Positions 26,301 through 40,070 of a stretch of 64,000 nucleotides of DNA are shown here, piece after piece. A program made the translations under genes and the position numbers. A model generated the notes under the pieces. The model did no database searches and was not told where the DNA came from. It saw only the letters and a program-made list of their open reading frames with translations. The DNA comes from Macrostomum hystrix (Eukaryota; Animalia; Platyhelminthes): the NCBI GenBank assembly GCA_950097015.1, contig CATNEN010000038.1:8494001-8558000 (forward strand), written 5' to 3'. Each line of letters begins with the position of its first letter. Position 1 is the stretch's first letter.

Positions 26301-29300
26301 GATAGTGTGTTGCAGAGTTGCAGAGTTGAATAATGGCCAATGGATAGTGTGTTGCAGAGTTGCAGAGTTGAATAAAGGCCAATGGATAGTGTGTTGCAGA
26401 GTTGCAGAGTTGAATAAAGGCCAATGGATAGTGTGTTGCAGAGTTGCAGAGTTGAATAATGGCCAATGGATAGTATGTTACAGAGTTGCAGAGTTGAATA
26501 ACGGCAAATGGATAGTATGTTACAGAGTTGCAGAGTTGAATAACGGCCAATGGATAGTATGTTGCAGAGTTGCAGAGTTGAATAATGGCCAATGGATAGT
26601 GTGTTGCAGAGTTGCAGAGTTGAATAATGGCCAATGGATAGTATGTTGCAGAGTTGCAGAGTTGAATAACGGCCAATGGATAGTATGTTGCAGAGTTGCA
26701 GAGTTGAATAAAGGCCAATGGATAGTGTGTTGCAGAGTTGCAGATTTGAATAATGGCCAATGGATAGTATGTTGCAGAGTTGCAGAGTTGAATAATGGCC
26801 AATGGATAGTGTGTTGCAGAGTTGCAGAGTTGAATAATGGCCAATGGATAGTGTGTTGCAGAGTTGCAGAGTTGAATAATGGCCAATGGATAGTGTGTTG
26901 CAGAGTTGCAGAGTTGAATAATGGCCAATGGATAGTGTGTTGCAGAGTTGAATAATGGCCAATGGATAGTGTGTTGCAGAGTTGAATAATGGCCAATGGA
27001 TAGTGTGTTGCAGAGTTGCAGAGTTGAATAACGGCCAATGGATAGTGTGTTGCAGAGTTGCAGAGTTGAATAATGGCCAATGGATAGTGTGTTGCAGAGT
27101 TGCAGAGTTGAATAATGGCCAATGGATAGTGTGTTGCAGAGTTGCAGAGTTGAATAATGGCCAATGGATAGTGTGTTGCAGAGTTGCAGATTTGAATAAT
27201 GGCCAATGGATAGTGTGTTGCAGAGTTGAATAATGGCCAATGGATAGTGTGTTGCAGAGTTGCAGAGTTGAATAATGGCCAATGGATAGTGTGTTGCAGA
27301 GTTGCAGAGTTGAATAATGGCCAATGGATAGTGTGTTGCAGAGTTGCAGAGTTGAATAATGGCCAATGGATAGTATGTTGCAGAGTTGAATAATGGCCAA
27401 TGGATAGTGTGTTGCAGAGTTGCAGAGTTGAATAATGGCCAATGGATAGTGTGTTGCAGAGTTGAATAATGGCCAATGGATAGTGTGTTGCAGAGTTGCA
27501 GAGTTGAATAATGGCCAATGGATAGTGTGTTGCAGAGTTGCAGAGTTGAATAATGGCCAATGGATAGTATGTTACAGAGTTGCAGAGTTGAACAATGGCC
27601 AATGGATAGTATGTTGCAGAGTTGCAGAGTTGAATAATGGCCAATGGATAGTGTGTTGCAGAGTTGCAGAGTTGAATAATGGCCAATGGATAGTGTGTTG
27701 CAGAGTTGCAGAGTTGAATAATGGCCAATAGATAGTGTGTTGCAGAGTTGCAGAGTTGAATAATGGCCAATGGATAGTGTGTTGCAGAGTTGCAGAGTTG
27801 AATAATGGCCAATGGATAGTATGTTGCAGAGTTGCAGAGTTGAATAATGGCCAATGGATAGTGTGTTGCAGAGTTGCAGAGTTGAATAATGGCCAATGGA
27901 TAGTGTGTTACAGAGTTGCAGAGTTGAATAATGGCCAATGGATAGTGTGTTGCAGAGTTGCAGAGTTGAATAATGGCCAATGGATAGTGTGTTGCAGAGT
28001 TGCAGAGTTGAATAATGGCCAATGGATAGTATGTTGCAGAGTTGCAGAGTTGAATAATGGCCAATGGATAGTGTGTTGCAGAGTTGAATAATGGCCAATG
28101 GATAGTATGTTGCAGAGTTGAATAATGGCCAATGGATAGTGTGTTGCAGAGTTGAATAATGGCCAATGGATAGTGTGTTGCAGAGTTGAATAATGGCCAA
28201 TGGATAGTGTGTTGCAGAGTTGCAGAGTTGAATAATGGCCAATGGATAGTGTGTTGCAGAGTTGCAGAGTTGAATAATGACCAATGGATAGTATGTTGCA
28301 GAGTTGCAGAGTTGAATAATGGCCAATGGATAGTGTGTTGCAGAGTTGCAGAGTTGAATAATGGCCAATGGATAGTGTGTTGCAGAGTTGCAGAGTTGAA
28401 TAATGGCCAATGGATAGTATGTTGCAGAGTTGCAGAGTTGAATAATGGCCAATGGATAGTGTGTTGCAGAGTTGCAGAGTTGAATAATGGCCAATGGATA
28501 GTATGTTGCAGAGTTGCAGAGTTGAATAATGGCCAATGGATAGTGTGTTGCAGAGTTGCAGAGTTGAATAATGGCCAATGGATAGTGTGTTGCAGAGTTG
28601 CAGAGTTGAATAATGGCCAATGGATAGTGTGTTGCAGAGTTGCAGAGTTGAATAATGGCCAATGGATAGTGTGTTGCAGAGTTGCAGAGTTGAATAATGG
28701 CCAATGGATAGTGTGTTGCAGAGTTGCAGAGTTGAATAATGGCCAATGGATAGTATGTTGCAGAGTTGCAGAGTTGAATAATGGCCAATGGATAGTGTGT
28801 TGCAGAGTTGCAGAGTTGAATAATGGCCAATGGATAGTGTGTTGCAGAGTTGAATAATGGCCAATGGATAGTGTGTTGCAGAGTTGCAGAGTTGAATAAT
28901 GGCCAATGGATAGTGTGTTGCAGAGTTGCAGAGTTGAATAATGGCCAATGGATAGTGTGTTGCAGAGTTGCAGAGTTGAATAATGGCCAATGGATAGTGT
29001 GTTGCAGAGTTGCAGAGTTGAATAATGGCCAATGGATAGTGTGTTACAGAGTTGCAGAGTTGAATAATGGCCAATGGATAGTGTGTTGCAGAGTTGCAGA
29101 GTTGAATAATGGCCAATGGATAGTGTGTTGCAGAGTTGCAGAGTTGAATAATGGCCAATGGATAGTGTGTTGCAGAGTTGCAGAGTTGAATAATGGCCAA
29201 TGGATAGTGTGTTGCAGAGTTGCAGAGTTGAATAATGGCCAATGGATAGTGTGTTGCAGAGTTGAATAATGGCCAATGGATAGTGTGTTGCAGAGTTGCA

Positions 29301-32300
29301 GAGTTGAATAATGGCCAATGGATAGTGTGTTGCAGAGTTGAATAATGGCCAATGGATAGTGTGTTGCAGAGTTGCAGAGTTGAATAATGGCCAATGGATA
29401 GTGTGTTGCAGAGTTGCAGAGTTGAATAATGGCCAATGGATAGTGTGTTGCAGAGTTGCAGAGTTGAATAATGGCCAATGGATAGTGTGTTGCAGAGTTG
29501 CAAAGTTGAATAATGGCCAATGGATAGTGTGTTGCAGAGTTGCAGAGTTGAATAATGGCCAATGGATAGTGTGTTGCAGAGTTGCAGAGTTGAATAATGG
29601 CCAATAGATAGTGTGTTGCAGAGTTGCAGAGTTGAATAATGGCCAATGGATAGTGTGTTGCAGAGTTGCAGAGTTGAATAATGGCCAATGGATAGTGTGT
29701 TGCAGAGTTGCAGAGTTGAATAATGGCCAATGGATAGTGTGTTGCAGAGTTGCAGAGTTGAATAATGGCCAATGGATAGTGTGTTACAGAGTTGCAGAGT
29801 TGAATAATGGCCAATGGATAGTGTGTTGCAGAGTTGCAGAGTTGAATAATGGCCAATGGATAGTGTGTTGCAGAGTTGCAGAGTTGAATAAAGGCCAATG
29901 GATAGTGTGTTGCAGAGTTGCAGAGTTGAATAAAGGCCAATGGATAGTGTGTTGCAGAGTTGCAGAGTTGAATAATGGCCAATGGATAGTGTGTTACAGA
30001 GTTGCAGAGTTGAATAACGGCCAATGGATAGTATGTTACAGAGTTGCAGAGTTGAATAACGGCCAATGGATAGTATGTTGCAGAGTTGCAGAGTTGAATA
30101 ATGGCCAATGGATAGTGTGTTGCAGAGTTGCAGAGTTGAATAATGGCCAATGGATAGTGTGTTGCAGAGTTGCAGAGTTGAATAATGGCCAATGGATAGT
30201 ATGTTGCAGAGTTGCAGAGTTGAATAACGGCCAATGGATAGTATGTTGCAGAGTTGCAGAGTTGAATAAAGGCCAATGGATAGTGTGTTGCAGAGTTGCA
30301 GATTTGAATAATGGCCAATGGATAGTATGTTGCAGAGTTGCAGAGTTGAATAATGGCCAATGGATAGTGTGTTGCAGAGTTGCAGAGTTGAATAATGGCC
30401 AATGGATAGTGTGTTGCAGAGTTGAATAATGGCCAATGGATAGTGTGTTACAGAGTGGCAGAGTTGAATAATGGCCAATGGATAGTGTGTTACAGAGTTG
30501 CAGAGTTGAATAATGGCCAATGGATAGTGTGTTGCAGAGTTGAATAATGGCCAATGGATAGTGTGTTGCAGAGTTGCAGAGTTGAATAACGGCCAATGGA
30601 TAGTGTGTTGCAGAGTTGCAGAGTTGAATAATGGCCAATGGATAGTGTGTTGCAGAGTTGCAGAGTTGAATAATGGCCAATGGATAGTGTGTTGCAGAGT
30701 TGCAGAGTTGAATAATGGCCAATGGATAGTGTGTTGCAGAGTTGCAGATTTGAATAATGGCCAATGGATAGTGTGTTGCAGAGTTGAATAATGGCCAATG
30801 GATAGTGTGTTGCAGAGTTGCAGAGTTGAATAATGGCCAATGGATAGTGTGTTGCAGAGTTGCAGAGTTGAATAATGGCCAATGGATAGTGTGTTGCAGA
30901 GTTGCAGAGTTGAATAATGGCCAATGGATAGTGTGTTGCAGAGTTGCAGAGTTGAATAATGGCCAATGGATAGTGTGTTGCAGAGTTGAATAATGGCCAA
31001 TGGATAGTGTGTTGCAGAGTTGCAGAGTTGAATAATGGCCAATGGATAGTGTGTTGCAGAGTTGCAGAGTTGAATAATGGCCAATGGATAGTATGTTACA
31101 GAGTTGCAGAGTTGAACAATGGCCAATGGATAGTATGTTGCAGAGTTGCAGAGTTGAATAATGGCCAATGGATAGTGTGTTGCAGAGTTGCAGAGTTGAA
31201 TAATGGCCAATGGATAGTGTGTTGCAGAGTTGCAGAGTTGAATAATGGCCAATAGATAGTGTGTTGCAGAGTTGCAGAGTTGAATAATGGCCAATGGATA
31301 GTGTGTTGCAGAGTTGCAGAGTTGAATAATGGCCAATGGATAGTATGTTGCAGAGTTGCAGAGTTGAATAATGGCCAATGGATAGTGTGTTGCAGAGTTG
31401 CAGAGTTGAATAATGGCCAATGGATAGTGTGTTACAGAGTTGCAGAGTTGAATAATGGCCAATGGATAGTGTGTTGCAGAGTTGCAGAGTTGAATAATGG
31501 CCAATGGATAGTGTGTTGCAGAGTTGCAGAGTTGAATAATGGCCAATGGATAGTATGTTGCAGAGTTGCAGAGTTGAATAATGGCCAATGGATAGTGTGT
31601 TGCAGAGTTGAATAATGGCCAATGGATAGTATGTTGCAGAGTTGAATAATGGCCAATGGATAGTGTGTTGCAGAGTTGAATAATGGCCAATGGATAGTGT
31701 GTTGCAGAGTTGAATAATGGCCAATGGATAGTGTGTTGCAGAGTTGCAGAGTTGAATAATGGCCAATGGATAGTGTGTTGCAGAGTTGCAGAGTTGAATA
31801 ATGACCAATGGATAGTATGTTGCAGAGTTGCAGAGTTGAATAATGGCCAATGGATAGTGTGTTGCAGAGTTGCAGAGTTGAATAATGGCCAATGGATAGT
31901 GTGTTGCAGAGTTGCAGAGTTGAATAATGGCCAATGGATAGTATGTTGCAGAGTTGCAGAGTTGAATAATGGCCAATGGATAGTGTGTTGCAGAGTTGCA
32001 GAGTTGAATAATGGCCAATGGATAGTATGTTGCAGAGTTGCAGAGTTGAATAATGGCCAATGGATAGTGTGTTGCAGAGTTGCAGAGTTGAATAATGGCC
32101 AATGGATAGTGTGTTGCAGAGTTGCAGAGTTGAATAATGGCCAATGGATAGTGTGTTGCAGAGTTGCAGAGTTGAATAATGGCCAATGGATAGTGTGTTG
32201 CAGAGTTGCAGAGTTGAATAATGGCCAATGGATAGTGTGTTGCAGAGTTGCAGAGTTGAATAATGGCCAATGGATAGTATGTTGCAGAGTTGCAGAGTTG

Positions 32301-35300
32301 AATAATGGCCAATGGATAGTGTGTTGCAGAGTTGCAGAGTTGAATAATGGCCAATGGATAGTGTGTTGCAGAGTTGAATAATGGCCAATGGATAGTGTGT
32401 TGCAGAGTTGCAGAGTTGAATAATGGCCAATGGATAGTGTGTTGCAGAGTTGCAGAGTTGAATAATGGCCAATGGATAGTGTGTTGCAGAGTTGCAGAGT
32501 TGAATAATGGCCAATGGATAGTGTGTTGCAGAGTTGCAGAGTTGAATAATGGCCAATGGATAGTGTGTTACAGAGTTGCAGAGTTGAATAATGGCCAATG
32601 GATAGTGTGTTGCAGAGTTGCAGAGTTGAATAATGGCCAATGGATAGTGTGTTGCAGAGTTGCAGAGTTGAATAATGGCCAATGGATAGTGTGTTGCAGA
32701 GTTGCAGAGTTGAATAATGGCCAATGGATAGTGTGTTGCAGAGTTGCAGAGTTGAATAATGGCCAATGGATAGTGTGTTGCAGAGTTGAATAATGGCCAA
32801 TGGATAGTGTGTTGCAGAGTTGCAGAGTTGAATAATGGCCAATGGATAGTGTGTTGCAGAGTTGAATAATGGCCAATGGATAGTGTGTTGCAGAGTTGCA
32901 GAGTTGAATAATGGCCAATGGATAGTGTGTTGCAGAGTTGCAGAGTTGAATAATGGCCAATGGATAGTGTGTTGCAGAGTTGCAGAGTTGAATAATGGCC
33001 AATGGATAGTGTGTTGCAGAGTTGCAAAGTTGAATAATGGCCAATGGATAGTGTGTTGCAGAGTTGCAGAGTTGAATAATGGCCAATGGATAGTGTGTTG
33101 CAGAGTTGCAGAGTTGAATAATGGCCAATAGATAGTGTGTTGCAGAGTTGCAGAGTTGAATAATGGCCAATGGATAGTGTGTTGCAGAGTTGCAGAGTTG
33201 AATAATGGCCAATGGATAGTGTGTTGCAGAGTTGCAGAGTTGAATAATGGCCAATGGATAGTGTGTTGCAGAGTTGCAGAGTTGAATAATGGCCAATGGA
33301 TAGTGTGTTACAGAGTTGCAGAGTTGAATAATGGCCAATGGATAGTGTGTTGCAGAGTTGCAGAGTTGAATAATGGCCAATGGATAGTGTGTTGCAGAGT
33401 TGCAGAGTTGAATAAAGGCCAATGGATAGTGTGTTGCAGAGTTGCAGAGTTGAATAAAGGCCAATGGATAGTGTGTTGCAGAGTTGCAGAGTTGAATAAT
33501 GGCCAATGGATAGTGTGTTACAGAGTTGCAGAGTTGAATAACGGCCAATGGATAGTATGTTACAGAGTTGCAGAGTTGAATAACGGCCAATGGATAGTAT
33601 GTTGCAGAGTTGCAGAGTTGAACAATGGCCAATGGATAGTGTGTTGCAGAGTTGCAGAGTTGAATAATGGCCAATGGATAGTGTGTTGCAGAGTTGCAGA
33701 GTTGAATAATGGCCAATGGATAGTATGTTGCAGAGTTGCAGAGTTGAATAACGGCCAATGGATAGTATGTTGCAGAGTTGCAGAGTTGAATAAAGGCCAA
33801 TGGATAGTGTGTTGCAGAGTTGCAGATTTGAATAATGGCCAATGGATAGTATGTTGCAGAGTTGCAGAGTTGAATAATGGCCAATGGATAGTGTGTTGCA
33901 GAGTTGCAGAGTTGAATAATGGCCAATGGATAGTGTGTTGCAGAGTTGAATAATGGCCAATGGATAGTGTGTTACAGAGTGGCAGAGTTGAATAATGGCC
34001 AATGGATAGTGTGTTACAGAGTTGCAGAGTTGAATAATGGCCAATGGATAGTGTGTTGCAGAGTTGAATAATGGCCAATGGATAGTGTGTTGCAGAGTTG
34101 CAGAGTTGAATAACGGCCAATGGATAGTGTGTTGCAGAGTTGCAGAGTTGAATAATGGCCAATGGATAGTGTGTTGCAGAGTTGCAGAGTTGAATAATGG
34201 CCAATGGATAGTGTGTTGCAGAGTTGCAGAGTTGAATAATGGCCAATGGATAGTGTGTTGCAGAGTTGCAGATTTGAATAATGGCCAATGGATAGTGTGT
34301 TGCAGAGTTGAATAATGGCCAATGGATAGTGTGTTGCAGAGTTGCAGAGTTGAATAATGGCCAATGGATAGTGTGTTGCAGAGTTGCAGAGTTGAATAAT
34401 GGCCAATGGATAGTGTGTTGCAGAGTTGCAGAGTTGAATAATGGCCAATGGATAGTGTGTTGCAGAGTTGCAGAGTTGAATAATGGCCAATGGATAGTGT
34501 GTTGCAGAGTTGAATAATGGCCAATGGATAGTGTGTTGCAGAGTTGCAGAGTTGAATAATGGCCAATGGATAGTGTGTTGCAGAGTTGCAGAGTTGAATA
34601 ATGGCCAATGGATAGTATGTTACAGAGTTGCAGAGTTGAACAATGGCCAATGGATAGTATGTTGCAGAGTTGCAGAGTTGAATAATGGCCAATGGATAGT
34701 GTGTTGCAGAGTTGCAGAGTTGAATAATGGCCAATGGATAGTGTGTTGCAGAGTTGCAGAGTTGAATAATGGCCAATAGATAGTGTGTTGCAGAGTTGCA
34801 GAGTTGAATAATGGCCAATGGATAGTGTGTTGCAGAGTTGCAGAGTTGAATAATGGCCAATGGATAGTATGTTGCAGAGTTGCAGAGTTGAATAATGGCC
34901 AATGGATAGTGTGTTGCAGAGTTGCAGAGTTGAATAATGGCCAATGGATAGTGTGTTACAGAGTTGCAGAGTTGAATAATGGCCAATGGATAGTGTGTTG
35001 CAGAGTTGCAGAGTTGAATAATGGCCAATGGATAGTGTGTTGCAGAGTTGCAGAGTTGAATAATGGCCAATGGATAGTATGTTGCAGAGTTGCAGAGTTG
35101 AATAATGGCCAATGGATAGTGTGTTGCAGAGTTGAATAATGGCCAATGGATAGTGTGTTGCAGAGTTGCAGAGTTGAATAATGGCCAATGGATAGTGTGT
35201 TGCAGAGTTGCAGAGTTGAATAATGGCCAATGGATAGTGTGTTGCAGAGTTGCAGAGTTGAATAATGGCCAATGGATAGTGTGTTGCAGAGTTGCAGAGT

Positions 35301-37660
35301 TGAATAATGGCCAATGGATAGTGTGTTGCAGAGTTGCAGAGTTGAATAATGGCCAATGGATAGTGTGTTGCAGAGTTGAATAATGGCCAATGGATAGTGT
35401 GTTGCAGAGTTGCAGAGTTGAATAATGGCCAATGGATAGTGTGTTGCAGAGTTGCAGACTTGAATAATGGCCAATGGATAGTGTGTTGCAGAGTTGCAGA
35501 GTTGAATAATGGCCAATGGATAGTGTGTTACAGAGTTGCAGAGTTGAATAACGGCCAATGGATAGTGTGTTGCAGAGTTGCAGACTTGAATAATGGCCAA
35601 TGGATAGTGTGTTACAGAGTTGCAGAGTTGAATAATGGCCAATGGATAGTGTGTTGCAGAGTTGCAGACTTGAATAATGGCCAATGGATAGTGTGTTGCA
35701 GAGTTGCAGAGTTGAATAATGGCCAATGGATAGTGTGTTGCAGAGTTGCAGAGTTGAATAATGGCCAATGGATAGTGTGTTGCAGAGTTGCAGAGTTGAA
35801 TAATGGCCAATGGATAGTGTGTTGCAGAGTTGCAGAGTTGAATAATGGCCAATGGATAGTGTGTTGCAGAGTTGCAGAGTTGAATAATGGCCAATGGATA
35901 GTGTGTTGCAGAGTTGCAGAGTTGAATAACGGCCAATGGATAGTGTGTTGCAGAGTTGCAGAGTTGAATAATGGCCAATGGATAGTATGTTGCAGAGTTG
36001 CAGAGTTGAATAATGGCCAATGGATAGTGTGTTGCAGAGTTGCAGAGTTGAATAATGGCCAATGGATAGTGTGTTGCAGAGTTGCAGAGTTGAATAATGG
36101 CCAATGGATAGTGTGTTGCAGAGTTGCAGAGTTGAATAATGGCCAATGGATAGTGTGTTGCAGAGTTGCAGAGTTGAATAATGGCCAATGGATAGTGTGT
36201 TACAGAGTTGCAGAGTTGAATAATGGCCAATGGATAGTGTGTTGCAGAGTTGCAGAGTTGAATAATGGCCAATGGATAGTGTGTTACAGAGTTGCAGAGT
36301 TGAATAATGGCCAATGGATAGTGTGTTGCAGAGTTGCAGAGTTGAATAATGGCCAATGGATAGTGTGTTGCAGAGTTGCAGAGTTGAATAATGGCCAATG
36401 GATAGTGTGTTGCAGAGTTGCAGAGTTGAATAATGGCCAATGGATAGTGTGTTGCAGAGTTGCAGAGTTGAATAATGGCCAATGGATAGTGTGTTGCAGA
36501 GTTGCAGAGTTGAATAATGGCCAATGGATAGTGTGTTGCAGAGTTGCAGAGTTGAATAATGGCCAATGGATAGTGTGTTGCAGAGTTGCAGAGTTGAATA
36601 ATGGCCAATGGATAGTGTGTTGCAGAGTTGCAGAGTTGAATAATGGCCAATGGATAGTGTGTTGCAGAGTTCCAGAGTTGAATAATGGCCAATGGATAGT
36701 GTGTTGCAGAGTTGCAGAGTTGAATAATGGCCAATGGATAGTGTGTTGCAGAGTTGCAGAGTTGAATAATGGCCAATGGATAGTGTGTTACAGAGTTGCA
36801 GAGTTGAATAATGGCCAATGGATAGTGTGTTGCAGAGTTGCAGAGTTGAACAATGGCCAATGGATAGTGTGTTACAGAGTTGCAGAGTTGAATAATGGCC
36901 AATGGATAGTATGTTACAGAGTTGCAGAGTTGAATAATGGCCAATGGATAGTGTGTTGCAGAGTTGCAGAGTTGAATAATGGCCAATGGATAGTGTGTTA
37001 CAGAGTTGCAGAGTTGAATAATGGCCAATGGATAGTATGTTGCAGAGTTGCAGAGTTGAATAATGGCCAATGGATAGTATGTTACAGAGTTGCAGAGTTG
37101 AATAATGGCCAATGGATAGTGTGTTGCAGAGTTGCAGAGTTAAATAATGGCCAATGGATAGTGTGTTACAGAGTTGCAGAGTTGAATAATGGCCAATGGA
37201 TAGTATGTTACAGAGTTGCAGAGTTGAATAATGGCCAATGGATAGTGTGTTGCAGAGTTGAATAATGGCCAATGGATAGTGTGTTGCAGAGTTGCAGAGT
37301 TAAATAATGGCCAATGGATAGTGTGTTACAGAGTTGCAGAGTTGAATAATGGCCAATGGATAGTATGTTACAGAGTTGCAGAGTTGAATAATGGCCAATG
37401 GATAGTGTGTTGCAGAGTTGAATAATGGCCAATGGATAGTGTGTTGCAGAGTTGAATAATGGCCAATGGATAGTGTGTTGCAGAGTTGCAGAGTTAAATA
37501 ATGGCCAATGGATAGTGTGTTACAGAGTTGCAGAGTTGAATAATGGCCAATGGATAGTATGTTACAGAGTTGCAGAGTTGAATAATGGCCAATGGATAGT
37601 GTGTTGCAGAGTTGAATAATGGCCAATGGATAGTGTGTTGCAGAGTTGAACAATGGCCAA
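23390..37660. repeat. 14.3-kb array of a 42-bp unit (GAATAATGGCCAATGGATAGTGTGTTGCAGAGTTGCAGAGTT) with 34-bp variants lacking one GCAGAGTT; roughly 340 units
   Basis: Directly visible tandem array; the variant pattern recurs with a 3524-bp period between ~27460 and ~35140. Confidence 0.99.
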
Positions 37661-38891
37661 AACACGAGTTCGCGTAGCGAACATTGTGTGTCGAGGAAAT
37701 GAACTCTTTTTAGGCCCGAGCTCTTCCTGTCGGTTATTTTTTAACGCCAGCGCATTGCCTCTGCGCATAAACGAACTGCTTTGAGCTTGGCTTCCATGGA
37801 TACATCGAAGACCATCGGCACGAACTGTGCAAATTAGCAGCGTGCAGCAGATACATCGCAAGACGATACGATCCGAACCAACAATCGCAGAAGACATGAT
37901 AACCTAAATCAAATTCGTACCTAACTGCTTCCACCAGGACCCTTTCACTCAGAGACAACCCGCCACACCCGAGACCTCGACCGATTCTCAGTTCTCAGCC
38001 CTGCTAGAGTGTACTAAGAAGTTGCTGACGTAACCGGATCTAGCTTCGCAAATGCAATACAGTTTTATACCATATCGCGCTCTCTTAGATGGAATATACC
38101 TACGAAACATGACGCGACCCCTGCACAGGACTAGCTCTTCATCGACGCTAATTTCCTTTTCTGGCATGCAAACGTTGCGACAAATCTCAGCTACACGCGC
38201 AATAATTGGTCTCGCCTTTGCTAGTGGGTCGTTTCCATCGAAGTTGTTGCAGTCATAGAATCGCAGTAGGCTACTGATCTGTTGGTACCTGTCTCTTGTT
38301 AGGCAAACGAGTTTTTAAAAAAAGGTGTCGCGTAGAAATCATCGTTGCTCCAATAGCTGGCTATCTCTGGCTTTTCAACTATTCCCATGTAAAGCAACAT
38401 AGCGACAAACTGTTTTATCTTGTTGCCGAAGGTTCTGCATCGGCGCTTGACTCACTTCACTTAGCTGCAGGGGGCATCCTTCGGATGCAGTGGGGAGGCG
38501 TTGCCGCCCATTCCGCTAGCCCGTGGTGCATCGACGCTTGCAGCTTATCGAATTTATGCCATTTGGTCCCATTGCAGAGTTGTTGCAGCAGACCAACGGT
38601 CAGAAATAGCTTTAAAAACGCTGCTGGATCGTCATCGGCGATCTCTGGCCTCGGCAAGTCAGGGTCCAGGCCGGGCATTCCCAAGAACTCGGGTTCTACA
38701 TCAGGCCGTTGATCCTGCCCAGGTTCCCGTGCCGCCCAAGCATCATTCAGAAAGTTGTCGACAACTTCATTTGGCTGGAGATAGAGGTCCTCCTCTATCT
38801 CCCCTTCATCATCGTCCGCAGTTAGCCATTCTTCCTCCTTCTCAAATTCGGAGTCGGTATCTGGATCAAAATGTACTTGAGCCGCAGCCAT
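37661..38891 (-). pseudogene. piggyBac-superfamily (PGBD-like) transposase remnant, frameshifted and 3'-truncated by the 42-bp array
   Basis: Acidic N-terminus followed by PAAFLKLFLT. Minus-strand reading of ~38240-38010 gives DPLAKARPII...PEKEISVDEELVLCRGRVMFRRYIPSKRARYGIKLYCICEARSGYVSNF. Further on GYHVFCDCWFGS (DNWF-like) and CTVRAD. The third catalytic Asp region is absent. Confidence 0.9.
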
Positions 38892-39429
38892 GACGAACAC
38901 GTGGACTACTAAATTGTCGTTATATCTACTTGGGTAGCCCGAAACTGTCAAATACTGTAATTATACTAAGTTAAAAAGGTGCTGAGCACCAAATTACTCA
39001 AAACTAATTTGCACTTGTTCTTGATTCGATTCAAACTTTATTTCAAAAGGTCAATCACATCAACTCATATCTACTCACCCACCCACCCATTACCCGCCCC
39101 ACTCCAATCTGTTCTTTGCTTTCATGGTTATCCTACGCAGCTTGCTATCGCAGGCTACGGTGGTGTCAAAATTAAGCTGGAAATATCTAGGGCCTGCTCC
39201 GCAAACTACGCTGGTGAATAGAATTCCGAGCAGCAGTTTAGGGGTAGTGCAAACTGCTTGTTTGTTTAAGGCAAGGACTTCTATATAATAGCATCTGGAC
39301 TGGAAGCGAAGAAATACCCATTACCTCATGAGGCCAGTTTTTCCCCTGCTTTCTATGGAATCTGTCAACTTGGGAAATGCAAGATCGGAAATTCAAATGT
39401 CGGAAATCCAGAGATGTAATGTTAACTGG

Positions 39430-40070
39430 CTAGTTCCTTTCTAGTTCCTAAACTGACAAATCTTGCGGTGCCACTCCAGTTCTTATTCTCATGTGCAGTG
39501 CAGTAGTATTTGAGTGCATCTCGAGTTGAATCACAGAATACTGCCACTGCCAGCTTCACTGACGACTTCTCGATATTCTTAGGGTTCAGCACAGCAGGGC
39601 TGAGCTTGTGAGCAAGTCTCACCGGCTTGTTGGCTTCAGCATTGAACAGCTCACCGATGTGACAAAAGTGAGCGTCGCAGGCTTCTATCAAAACTGGTGG
39701 GAATGCTGGGCAGCGAAATGATTTCCGTGTCTGGAAGTTGTTGTATATGTTCTTGAGGTTGTGCACGGGATCGATCAAAATGAAGATAGGCTGCCCTGTG
39801 ACCTTGTCAGTAATTGACTCCTTCAAGTCTCCATCGCACAGAAAATCGGCGACGAACTTTCTGTTAACTGGTGCATTATCAACGGATATTGCAATGACGG
39901 AGAACTGCAGGCTACGCAGCAAATCCATGACATCCTGGAACCAGTGACTGACGAGCTTCTGTGCTGTCAGCTTTGCCACAGGAAACATGGACACCATGTC
40001 CTTGTACTTGCCTGCAATTGACTTTATCAAGAAGCAACAGTAGATTGAAGCAACCACTCCATCATTGTGG
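39430..40070 (-). pseudogene. P-element/THAP9-like transposase internal fragment
   Basis: CFLIKSIAGKYKDMV, ISVDNAPVNRK, IDPVHNLKNIYNNF and LAHKLSPAVLNPKNIEKSSVKLAVAVF match the RNase H and GTP-binding insertion motifs of P transposases. No THAP domain or C-terminus is visible. Confidence 0.85.

Noticed and set aside
23350-37665. Very long ORFs (up to 1946 aa; LCNSATHYPLAIIQ / NNGQWIVCCRVAEL repeats)
   Set aside because: These are translations of a stop-poor 42-bp unit. Frequent 34-bp units shift the frame freely, several frames are open at once, and there are no credible starts or splice sites.
39225-39250. piggyBac terminal inverted repeat (CAGTTTAGGGG) pairing with ACCTAAACT at ~23348, which would place the 14-kb array inside the element
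   Set aside because: The match is only ~8 bp and there is no TTAA target site at either end.
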